DNA of 27,678 nucleotides from Vitrella brassicaformis CCMP3155 (lineage: Eukaryota > Protista > Chromerida): assembly GCA_001179505.1 (NCBI GenBank), contig CDMY01000719.1, forward strand, positions 1-27,678, given 5' to 3'. The notes below the pieces were generated by a model. The model saw only the letters and a program-made list of their open reading frames with translations, had not been told where the DNA came from and did not search any database. Of the stretch, positions 9,302-20,542 are shown one piece after another; within the stretch, counting starts at the first letter, position 1, and the number at the start of each line of letters is the position of its first letter. The position numbers and the translations under genes were made by a program.

Positions 9302-12300
9302 GCATAGTCGGGCCAGCCACATCAGGTCAGGAAGACAACCGGGACGGCTGAACGAACGCACACCAACAGGGGCCGAAGTGGCGATGGGCGACGGTCGCCT
9401 CCTGACTGCCTGATTGCCTCCTGGACTGAGCTCGTCTGTGCTGCATGGAGAGAGCACCGATACATCGATGCATCCGCTTTTTTCACCATGATCATATATT
9501 ATGATGATGACACACGTAGGTTTGTTGGGGGTTGCATTGGTAGATATCCGTGTCTGTTCATGTGAATGTCCATGAGTGTATGGCAATCTGCGTGTCTGTA
9601 TGTGGTGTGTATGTGTGATGAATAAAACAAATGAATATCATCATGATACGGTGAGAGAGCGAGAGAGTGACTAACTGTGTGACTGGCTGGCTATGACAGG
9701 TCGATCGAGCTGACAACAACCAACAGGCTGACTGCCGTGTGGGTGATGTATGTGTGTGGCGCCAGATCGTTCATTTCGAACATGCAATGTCGGTGTTTCT
9801 AAGTGACACTTGCCCTTCTACATGGGACTGATCGTTCGTTTCAAGCACGCAGGGAAGAGTGGGCGGGAGGAGCCGTATGGTGTTTTCGCACGTAAGTAGT
9901 ATTTATAAGGGTCCGTGTTTTATTAGAAGCAAGGTAAGCCGGTGGTTTCATAATTAGGTGCGTGCAGCTGTGTCGTGTCTTTCTTGCCATCGTCTGTCTG
10001 CATTTTTGACACCGAATGGATTCATTGATCATATATGCATTCATCCCTTCATAATTCGTGTGTCATGAGTGCGAATGCCTATTACGCAGGTCCGCAACCC
10101 TCCACGTTTATACCATACCAAAGCTTACCAAATGAATGAATGGGAGTGTTAGTAGTGCTTGTTCCATACTGGTTGTTGGACGCTGCTGCATGCCGTGCAT
10201 GCTCGCTGTGTCATGTCCACATCCATGCATCCATGTTCCGTGTATGTATGTACCTGATTCATGCATGTGCCCCCCTATCGTTCATGTCATGTCCCTCTTC
10301 TCCATGCACCCAGCCCTCACCGTTTGTCCATCCGTTCCCCGTTTATTATCTGTCCGCCTGTCCGTCTGCCTATGTTTATCTGTCGCTCTCTCTGCACCGC
10401 ACGCACCGGGCCCGCCCGTTTTCTATTGTGCGTGTGCACGTAAGAGTTTCCGGACGCTAGTGACCACCCAACGTGGTGCATGCATCAGGGTGAAAATCAT
10501 AGCTAGCTCGGCGATGGGACGAGTAGTCAGTGAACTGTGGTGCGGGTGGGAAATAGGTCGCGGGCACGGGAGGGAACCAGACACAAGAGACACAGGCTGC
10601 GTTGAGAAGTGAAGAAAGGTCAGATACACATGCTGGATGCACCATTTTCCCTGCTTGCATGCAGTAGAAGCGAAAAAGAAATTGTCACTTTCATTCCCCA
10701 GCCCTCGCATGTGTTTTGATAAGGTCGTATTGCCTTGGGATTCGGCTAGGGCTGCATCAAGCGTCATTGGTCTTATTCGCAAAGCGCAATTGTCATCCAT
10801 CAACATAGGCAGACCAGCATTTATCCATCATATACGCAAGGACCATTTGTCGTAGTCTTTGCGGTTGCATGCAATTGTCTCCCATTCACGCATGCCAGTC
10901 TCTACCTAAATGAGAATGGCACACCCACGCCCACGCACACATAAGCATTCATGTGAGGCGATGAACCATTTCATGAAAATCACAACAAAAATATGATTTC
11001 CACTGGATGGCTGTGCACACAGGCAAAGACAAAGGAGAGCCGTGATTAACAGATAGATAGAAGTGGCAACAGAGATACTCATGCAGACGGCTGCTGAGAA
11101 GCAAGCCATGCATGCAAGTGCGATAGATGAAACAGTGACCGCCCCGACCACCCGAGAGAATCTCGTGGCCGGATGGCCCCACGTCCAATACGGAGCACAC
11201 ACACCACCGATGCGATAGATCCAAGCCACACCAACACGCACACACCCCCATTCACCACCGGACATACACACGCAACTACACGCACACCGATGCGATGGAC
11301 ACACCCATTGAAAAGCGCCAGAGAGGGGCACCGATGGACTTCAAACATGGCACACACATGGGGAAGGGAGGAAATGAAAGCTGAAAGCTTAGCGGAGGCG
11401 GGAACACACCAGACACACTCACAGACAGGCACGCAGGCAGGTAGGCACAGGGAAGCACCCAGACATGTAGGCAGCAGCCGAAGACACAGGGAAGCATCCA
11501 TGCAGACAGGCGTATTCACAATCAACCTTTGTCAGTGAGCGAGAAAAAGAGGCAGTAAGTAAGGAAGTCAGGTAGTAGTAGGGAAGGCAAAAAGCCTAGG
11601 CTGAGTGAGGCGAAGAAAACCAGGCTAGGCTAGGCTTGCCCTGCCGCTGGCCCGAAAACAGCCCCGAAAACAACCCAACCCGACATACAAATAGGTGGAT
11701 AACACAGCACATGCAGACACACACACGCACACACACACACACCCGCACATACGCACATACACGCTCTGGTATGCACCTCAGCGTTATGTCGGTCGTGACG
11801 ATCAAATTCTCCCTTTGAGCAAGGGTCAGTCCAGGTGAGCCGTCCATCCACTGTCCTGTTCCGCGAAGCCCCACCTTGGGTGGTCACTAGCGTCCGTCCG
11901 CGTCACTCATGCCCACCTTCCCGCCCACAGCTAGGTACGTGCAGAGATCCCCACACACAAACTCCCTCACCAAAAACACGAGAACGGACGATCGAAGTAG
12001 AGGGCCAGATTGCTCGAGACAGACTAGACCGAGACATACGCTCAATGACGGACGGACGGACGGACAGACGAACAAACGGACGGAAACTCTCACGTGCACA
12101 CGCACATAGAAAACGGGCGGGCCCGGTGCGTGCGGTGCAGAGAGAGCGACAGATATACATAGGCAGACGGACAGACGGACAGATAGTAAACGGGGAACGG
12201 ATGGACAAACGGTGAGGGCTGGGTGCATGGAGAAGAGGGACATGACATGAACGATAGGGGGGCACATGCATGAATCAGGTACATACATACACGGAACATG

Positions 12301-13250
12301 GATGCATGGATGTGGACATGACACAGCGAGCATGCACGGCATGCAGCAACATGCAACAACCAGTATGGATACAAGTACTACTAACACTCCCATTCATTCA
12401 TTTGGTAAGCTTTGGTATGGTATAAACGTGGAGGGTTGCGGCAATCCTACCGTAGCAGACAAACCGACCTGCGTAATAGGCATTCGCACTCATGACACAC
12501 GAATTATGAAGGGATGAATGCATATATGATCAATGAATCCATTCGGTGTCAAAATTGCAGACAGACGACGGAAAGAAAGACACGACACAGCTGCACGCAC
12601 TTAATGATGAAACCGCCGGCTTACCTTACTTCTAATAAAACACGGACCCTTATAAATACTACTTACGTGCGAAAACACCATACGGCTCCTCCCGCCCACT
12701 CTTCCCTGCGTGCTTGAAACGAACGATCAGTCCCATGTAGAAGGGCAAGTGTCACTTAGAAAAACCGACATTGCATGTTCGAAATGAACGATTTGGTGCC
12801 ACACACATATATCACCCACACGGCAGTCAGCCTGTTGGTTGTCGTCAGCTTGGTCGACCTGTCATAGCCAGCCAGTCACACAGTTAGTTACTCTCTCACT
12901 CTCTCACCGTATCATGACGATATTCATATCATTCATTCATCAGACATACACATCACATACAGACACGCAGATTGCCATACACTCATGGACATTCACATGA
13001 ACAGACACGGACATCTCTAAACCCCCAACAAGCCTGCGTGTGTCATCATCATAGTATATAATGATCATGGTGAAAAAAGCGGATGTATCGATGTATCGGC
13101 GCTCTCTCCATGCAGAACAGACGAGCTCAGTCCAGGAGGCAATCAGGCAGTCAGGAGGCGACCGTCGTCCATCGCCACTTCGGCCCCTGTTGGTGTGCGT
13201 TCGTTCAGCCGTCCCGGTGGTCTTCCTGACCTGATGTGGCCCGACTATGC

Positions 13251-13274
13251 CCCGCTCAGTGCGCACTGAGCGGG
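13251..13274. other. Perfect 24-bp palindrome (right-arm copy)
   Basis: Identical to 9278-9301. Confidence 0.9.
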
Positions 13275-13825
13275 TCACAGTGACGCCACATGAGGCCATG
13301 CAGACCACAGACGGCATCCAATACCACACACAAAGGCATCAATCAGACTAGTAACAGCTCCGTTCGATGTTCACGTCTGTCCAAATCACACAGCCTGTCG
13401 TTCCATCGCGGCGCACCCGTCACGGTTCCTCTCCTCCACAAGCACAATCGGGTGTGTGGAGGGAGCCGGCGAAGAAAAATGAACAGGCACACACAGATAT
13501 AATCGGTTGTAGCGAGAACAGTATACAGTCCTTCCTCTCTCTCTCTCTCTCTCTGTGCGTCGTCTTGGGCACACACGACGGCAGTTGTGCAGAGCCCTCC
13601 CTTTCATGCATGCTCATGCATGGCATCCAGTTCCAGCCAGCACGGCTATCTGATCTCACTCCCTGTACGAACGAACGTCGTGACGACAACGCGCCACTTG
13701 TCTTTCTGTCTGGCCTCACTTACGCCTCTTCTTGGATACTAAGGCAGTGCATTACGCAATTACGCATTAGTCACGTCATACCACACACACACGCACATGC
13801 ACACGATCCATCCACACAGGCAGAC

Positions 13826-14125
13826 NNNNNNNNNNNNNNNNNNNNNNNNNNNNNNNNNNNNNNNNNNNNNNNNNNNNNNNNNNNNNNNNNNNNNNNNNNN
13901 NNNNNNNNNNNNNNNNNNNNNNNNNNNNNNNNNNNNNNNNNNNNNNNNNNNNNNNNNNNNNNNNNNNNNNNNNNNNNNNNNNNNNNNNNNNNNNNNNNNN
14001 NNNNNNNNNNNNNNNNNNNNNNNNNNNNNNNNNNNNNNNNNNNNNNNNNNNNNNNNNNNNNNNNNNNNNNNNNNNNNNNNNNNNNNNNNNNNNNNNNNNN
14101 NNNNNNNNNNNNNNNNNNNNNNNNN
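13826..14125. other. Assembly gap (300 N)
   Basis: Run of N; the matching left-arm interval (8133-8726) is 594 nt. Confidence 0.99.
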
Positions 14126-14166
14126 GGTCTGTGAATGGGGGGTGGGTGGGTGGGTGGGTGGGTCAC

Positions 14167-14830
14167 CTCAGGGTCGCTCATGTCGAGCGTGTGGTGCATC
14201 ATGTCGCTGGTGCCACAGGTGTCGGCCTCGCCCAATTCCATGATGGTCAGACACACCTCGGTCAGCTTCTTGAATACCTCCGTGAACACCGCCTGCTGCA
14301 TCCCCACAAAGCAGGAAACCCTCCGAGTGCACCAGGTCCATCATGGACTGTTTGTCTGTGTGTGCCCGTACCTCTGTCACTCCGCCGTGTGCGTGAGTCA
14401 TGGAACTTATGCCGTTCAGATAGTCGGCCGCCTCCTTCAGGCTGTCGCCGCCCCGCGTCATGTGGCCCAGCACCATACACACATCGCCGCCCGTCAAGGC
14501 GGCACGCTCAACGGTCAACTGACACGACAGAAGCATCACCACATACGTTCAGTGCTTTACTCGCTGCTTGAGTGGACGGCCCAACCGTGCTGTACTCACT
14601 TGTGTTTCTATGGTATGGTAGAGTGTGTCGATGCGATGCTTCTCCTCTCGGAGCCGACGAAGGGCATCATCGCCACATGTCGACTGCATCACACACAGAC
14701 CACACAGATGCAAAACAGTCAATGAATGGACGGAGACTACCCTGAGGGTGATGGTGACTGACCTGCAGATGAGCGGCCCTGTTGTTACCGTCCTGTTGCA
14801 TTGCAGGAAGCGACGGCTGAACGACCTCGT
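14167..14830 (-). CDS. Internal exons of an unknown spliced gene (right arm, probably the intact copy)
   Basis: Exons 14830-14763, 14683-14600, 14518-14372 and 14295-14167 all have canonical GT/AG sites and keep the frame. The 3' exon falls in the N gap. Upstream exons probably lie in 14.9-15.5 kb but I could not resolve them. Confidence 0.65.
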
Positions 14831-15695
14831 CTACACACGTGACGGCAAGCACAGCACAGTTTTTTATCTCGCGCCATCAACTATGTGAGGGTGATTGTCA
14901 GATGGTTGGTTATTGTGTTTAACGAGACTCGTGTCTGTAACCCCGGAGGGGATCGTGTCCATGTCACGCACTAAACTAGCAACATGCACACGCATAGGAG
15001 CATGCACACGGCCTGCCTACCCATCCCACCCACCCACCCACTCGACATGCACGTGCCACCCCATGACGGTCAGAAAAATCACTGTCACCACCGGCTGCAA
15101 ATGTACGAGAAGACAGCCGTACGTATGCATGACGCACAGAGGCTACTCAGAAAGCTCGACGTCGAGCGCCCACTGATCCAATACATACTGTTCATATACC
15201 AATTCATCCTCTGCTGCTGTCTGACTGTCTGGCAAGAACGGATTGAGTGCAAGCCACTCAGTGCGTGTTGCCTGTGCTGAAAGAAGAAAGTCTGCCGCTG
15301 CAGAAAGCACCGGCAGTTTGTCCGATTGCAGCACACAACAGGTGAAAACAATGGGATGTGACCTGCGCCACCGACGATAGTTGCAGGCATCAGGGGGCAG
15401 CCACACCATGCTGGCCGATGACTCTATGTAGCGTGTCACGAAGCGAACGATACAGCGGACAACATGCAAAGACATGAGACTCATCCTCAATGGGAGGGTG
15501 GGTAATAGATTACCCAGTAAGACTCACAGCAGATACGAGCAAGTCAGTTCTGTGCGAGCAAAAGGGGCATACGCGGCCCTGTCTCGGCCGGCCGAGGATG
15601 CGTCCATGCATGATGGCAGAAGGATAGCAGCCCGTACGAAAAAGAAACAGAACACGACGCTTACGAAACGGCAGCGACAGGTAGGAAGGAAAGCA

Positions 15696-16017
15696 TGGTC
15701 AGAAGTGCAAGTCGGTGAATCGTAGCTCGCACTGTAGGTCGACGATCCACTGGAGAGGAGACAGGACGTCATGCGTGAGTCTTTCGAGATCGTGGCAGAC
15801 CATCAGACAGCCCATGACAGACAGGACGTAAGACGGGATGGACTCATTCATTCATGCTTGCCATGTGTGGACTTTGCACTATGGATATGATTATCCTTAA
15901 GTGATTGTCTGCGGGCCACTTTGATCTGTTCCTTATACGGGACTAACCGCCCGTCAGATCCTCTACTCCACCATTCTCACCACCTCTCTCACCCACACAT
16001 TCCGATATGGGCGCAGC
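15696..16017 (+). mobile_element. Diverged copia 5' LTR plus PBS (relative of the 1165-7038 element, opposite orientation)
   Basis: Colinear with the reverse complement of the 282-bp LTR end to end (GTCAGAAGTGCAAGTCGGT...TCGACGATCCACTG...GAGACAGGACG...GGATGGACT...GGACTTTGC...CGGGACT.ACCGCCCG...CACCATTCTCACC). It ends TTCCGATA at 16007 and is followed by TGGGCGCAGC. Confidence 0.88.
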
Positions 16018-16237
16018 GAATGAGTTTGCCGTTCCCGCCTGGCAGCAGCGGTTTCACGGAACGTCAACCCACTTCCCGCCTGGAGTCTGCGAGCCACCAG
16101 AGCCTCGTCGGCGAATGAGGTCCTTGACCAGTCCCTCTGCGCGTAGGCCTGAAACGGCACGTTGAAAGCCGCCCCCTGCCAACTCCGCGCTGAACGGAGT
16201 GCGCAGATCCCCCTCTGATCCCCCCTTGCTGACATCA

Positions 16238-16317
16238 CTGATTGACTCACAGGTGCGTTCACTCGCTGATGGACTCACAGGTGCGTTCACTCGCTGATTG
16301 ACTCACAGGATTGACTC
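16238..16317 (+). repeat. 28-bp tandem repeat (about 2.6 copies) at the 5' end of non-LTR copy 1
   Basis: CTGATTGACTCACAGGTGCGTTCACTCG at 16238 and 16266 (one mismatch), a partial unit at 16294, then ATTGACTC. Confidence 0.9.
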
Positions 16318-16480
16318 GGGCGCCCTCGCTTCGCTCGGGCTGTTCTACGGCCGTCGGCGCGCCCAAAAAGTCTTCGTCGAGATCTGAACCCGCACCGCAC
16401 CCCCTGTCTAACCCACTTGAGTGACCCTCGGCCGCCCTTTGAACGCGTCCGAGGCTCCCACGGGAGGCGTCGCCGCCTCC

Positions 16481-19400
16481 ATGGCGGCCGCCCTCCCACC
16501 CATGAGCCCCCTGCCCTCCTCCCCGCCCTACCCGGCGGACGATTCATCACCCCTCCCCGCCCCACGCAACGCATCCTCTGGCGCCATTTCGGCACTGCGG
16601 GAAGCTGGCATCCCCCTCGACACCGCCGGCGACTTCCACCAATGGGCCATGGAGACCTGCGAGGCTGATCTCGGCGCACCAGCCGTGGCCCACCTGCGCA
16701 CGGGGATCGACGAGCTCGCCACCGCCTACGACCTGCGGTCCTCGGCCGTTGAGGCTATCCACGACGCGTACGCACCGTGGCTGCTCGGCAGCGCCTCCAC
16801 GGGCTTCGGCGCTCTCGCCGCTGGCTCAACACCTGCCTTCCCGCGACCCCCATTCCGGCCACCCCCTTCCAGCAGCAGCGCTCCAAGCGACGCAGAGGCG
16901 GCCAGAACGGGCGGCGTCGTCACCAAGTATAGCGGACAGCGGCTGGGCGGCCATATCGTAGCGCCGCAACCAGTTCGGACGACCTCGATTCCCCTCGGGC
17001 GACGACACCGGCGCCGCTACCTGTGCTTCCCACCCCGCCTGCCGCTGGCCCGTGCGCGGCACCTGACGACGTCGACATGCACCCCAAGGACCGCCCTCTC
17101 ACGCCACCCCGGCAGCGCCCGCCCGAACGCGCCCGCCAGGACCCCCGACGTCGCATACGGGAGCTGACCCGCGCTTGGCGGGAGGATCGAGCTGTCGCGC
17201 GGCGTGCCCGAGCCGCCCAATACGCCTTGCGCCAGCGAGCCACCCTCCTTGAGGATCTCGACGTCCTCCCAGACAGCCAGCGCCGCGCCGTGGTCAACCG
17301 CCTTGCTGCCGGCCCAGCTTCGCCTCGTGCATGCTCGGAGGAACCTCGTACACGCTCCGAAACCAATCCGACCAGCACCCCACAATCATCTGCCGCGGGA
17401 GCCGTCCTACGCTCCTGGCGCCCGTCCAAGCGCCGAGTGGGCCGGGAGGATCACGGAGCAACGCATCAGCACTCGGGCTGTCTTCCGCGCCCCGCAACAG
17501 AAGCTCAGGCGGCCCGGGCCCTCACGGCAACCCCCCTTCGCCCCCGCCAGCCAGTCGAGGCCCTGCCCAGCCTCGGGCCTCACCGCCCCCGCACCAGCCT
17601 TCCACACCCTTCCCCGAAGATGCCCTCCGTGACCTCCTTACATGGGACATGCACCGCATCAGGACGGCCAACATCCCGACGGTCACTCGCTGGCCGCTCC
17701 AGGACGAATTCGCACTCCGCGCCACCAAGGCCGACCTCATGATCAACCACACGGACCCGCAGCTCCACGAGGCCGCGTGCCGCCTTGTAGTCCTGCTTCC
17801 AACGCTGCTTCTCTTCCCCACCAAGCGCAGTGACCCCACCGTCTGGCAGGCCCGTATCCGCCTCTTCGACGAGGGCGACTGGAGGGCGCTGCGGGACGAG
17901 GCACTCGCATGGGCAGGGCGACGCAGCAACACGACCCCCGCCACCAGCGCCAGCCGCGCTCGCCGCCTGGTCAAGTACGGAGAGCTTCGTCGGGCCGCCA
18001 ACGCGCTCACATCCGGCAGAGTGCTGCCCAACAACGATGACACCCTTGCGAAGCTGCGAGCCCTACACCCGCCCGCCCCCTTCCCGCTCGACCCATCCCC
18101 CACCCAGCCGCCAAACAACGCACCCCGCGCCGTCTTCGAACCTGACGATGAACACCTCTTGGGGGCGCTCAAGACGGCGCCCAAGGGTTCGGCACAGGGA
18201 GGGACCGGGTGGCGATATGAGCATCTCCGTGCGATCCACAGCTGAAGATGCAAGGTGCCCATCCCCAATTTCGTCCATCTGCTCGTCCACTCACGGCTGC
18301 CCCCCTTCCTTCACCCCTTCCTCTCGGCAGCCCGCTTGAGCGCGTTCGAGAAGACCAACGACGACGGCGTTCCGACGGGCGGCGTCCGGCCGATCGCCAT
18401 GGGAGAGACGATCCGTCGCTGGGTCACTCGGGCGATGGTGCAGCAGAAATCCAAGGAGCTCGAGGCCAAGCTGGCCCCTTGCCAGTATGCGGTTGGGGTG
18501 GCGTCCGGCTCCAAGAAACTCATCGCGGCCGTGCGCACGTTCCTGTCGGCCGGCGAATCCGACAAGCAACGCGTGCTCCTTAGTCTGGACGCCAAGAACG
18601 CCTTCAACTCGATGAGCCGGCAGGCCATCCTCGAGGGTGTCGATCGCCTCATCCCCGACCTGACGCAGTACTTCCTGCAGTGGTACGGCGAGCCAGCGGA
18701 GCTATGGTCTCACCACGAGAAGGGCTACACCTGCAAGGTGCTGAGCCAGGAAGGGGCACAGCAAGGTGGCTCTGAGGGGCCGGCGTGATATGCGTGCGGG
18801 CTGCATGGAGTGCTGGAGAAGATCAGGATGGTGTTGCCCGACCGACTGATGGTCGCCTTCGCCGACAACATCTACATCAGCACGACGCAGGACCAAGTGG
18901 CGTACGACTTCGACGTGGCCGAGAAGGAGCTGGCGAGTGTGCTGCAGCACCTCGTGCGAGACAAGTGCGAGGTGTGGGGCGAGCACTTCACCAAGGGCAT
19001 GGACCGGCCGGCAAACATGCCCGACGGTGTATGCGTGCGAGACGAGGGGCTGCTGGTGCTGGGCTGCCCGTTCGGCACATCGGAGTTCATGGAGTGGCGC
19101 TTCGCCAAGGTGCTCAAGAAGACCCAGCACCTTCTCGCCAATCTGCCTCAGCTGGAGGACCCGCAGAGCGCCGAGAAGCTGCTCCGCTTCTGCGCCACGC
19201 CGAAGTTCCACTACCACCTCCGCACCTCCCTCCCCTTCACCCGCCCCCTCGCCGAGGCGGCTGGCAAGCACTCCCGCGCCCTCATCCAGGCCGCCTGCAC
19301 CCTCTTCTCCCTTGGCGACATCCAGACCAAGACCGTCCGCCAGCTCAAGCTGCCGCTGACCGAGGGGGGATTCGGCCTCACTGATGCCGCCCGCATCACG

Positions 19401-20542
19401 CCAGCGGCCTACTTCGGCGCGAGTGCGGTGGTGTTGGCCGATGTGGTCGCCCGCCACGAAGGCGCCGCATGGATGCCAGCGCACCGGCGCGCAGGGCTGG
19501 AGGTGCTGCCGTGGGTGAGAGCGATCCAAGCCGCGTACGACCACCTTCTCGCCCACTCCCCCCCGTCCCCTCAATCCGACCCCCTACCTGACGTCCGCAG
19601 CCTCATGCTTCGCCCCGTCGGCGGCCTGCAGACCAAGCTGACTCAACGCATCCACCAGCAGGAGTCCGCCTCCCTGCAGGCAGCCCTGGACGCCCTGCGT
19701 GATGAAGCCGGCCACCCGACGACTGACGGCGCCCGGCTGCAAAGCTGCAAAGGGCCCGGAGCGTCGGAGTGGCTACAAGCTATCCCGTCCTGCCCTACAA
19801 CGACCATCTCCCCCGACGCCTTCGTGTGAAACGTGCAGTTCCAGCTCGGCCTGGTGAAGGGACCGACGATGTGTGGGGCGTGCACGAAGCCCTGCGACCC
19901 TCAAGGCGACCACATGCTCAAGTGCCCCAACCATGGCTACCTCATTAGTCGTCACAACACCGTCCAAGCGACCGTCTATCGCATCTGCAAGGAGGCCCGA
20001 TGCCTCAGCGTGAAGACAGAGCAGCTTCTGCGTGACTACCAGTGCCCACTCCCGCAAACGACCGATAAGCAGCGGATGGACCTGGTGATCACCCAGTATG
20101 ACGGCTCCAAGATCATAGTTGACATCACCGGCACTCACCCCACCCACGCCGACCGCCCAGGCGATCCCAGGAACCTCACCAATCAGCAGCCCGGCTCGGC
20201 CCTTTGCGCGGCCGAGAAATGCAAGAGGGACCTATATGCCGTTGCCTGCGTGCGGGGAGGGTACACGTTCTTACCTTTGGCCTTCGAGTCGTATGGACGC
20301 TGGTCTCGGACCATGGCGACCTTTTTGCACAAGCTAGGCAAGGCAATGAAGGAAACTCACTATAGGGACGACAGGGATTTTTCGACGGGCCGCGTTGTGG
20401 CCCGGTGGTGGGCCCTTTTGTCGTGTGCAGTCAGGCGTGAGTGCGCTCTTACGCTTCGCGCAAGAGTGAGGCCGCTACACCATTCATCCGTCCCTTCCCC
20501 AGAGACGAGGTCTGAGGGAGGGATCCCTATTCACCCCACTAG
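16481..20542 (+). pseudogene. RT plus restriction-like endonuclease polyprotein of copy 1, interrupted
   Basis: RT motifs VRPIAMGETIRRW, LSLDAKNAFNSMSR, GAQQG, VAFADNI and LGCPFG. CCHC knuckle CGAC...HMLKC. RLE motifs RHN, RMDLV, IVDITGTHP, EKCK and LPLAFESYGRW. ORFs 17331, 18255, 18810 and 19833 share one frame split by single TGAs. There are two frameshifts in the Pro-rich N-terminus and one near 20460. Confidence 0.9.

Larger units (their letters stand above)
7368..10476 (+). repeat. Left arm of a large inverted duplication
   Basis: Reverse-complement match to 11871-14890 along its length, for example 7368 CCTCACATAG vs 14881-14890, 9841 TCAAGCACGCAGGG vs about 12704-12717, and 10455-10476 vs 11871-11893. 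Identity is roughly 90-95% by eye. Confidence 0.95.
11871..14890 (-). repeat. Right arm of the large inverted duplication
   Basis: Reverse complement of 7368-10476. It carries an extra ~186 nt (11895-12080) and contains the N gap. Confidence 0.95.

Noticed and set aside
10136-12393. Cys/Val/His-rich ORFs in the arms and spacer
   Set aside because: They are translations of GT/CA low-complexity non-coding DNA.
7368-14890. The fold-back as a Foldback/MULE transposon with long TIRs
   Set aside because: No TSD, no transposase, and the outer boundary cuts through an intron of a host-like gene; a local duplication fits better.
16238-16317. 28-bp repeats as a CRISPR array
   Set aside because: The units are head-to-tail with no spacers, the context is eukaryotic, and there are no cas genes.
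16318-16420. HDV-like ribozyme at the 5' end of the non-LTR element
   Set aside because: GGGCGC/GCGCCC can pair, but the following sequence is AAAAAG rather than the GG and P4/P2 elements needed for the nested pseudoknot.
18702-19574. Long antisense or shifted ORFs over the retroelements (also 2834-3361, 16920-17429, 25919-26698)
   Set aside because: These are shadow frames of GC3-rich coding sequence with no domain motifs.
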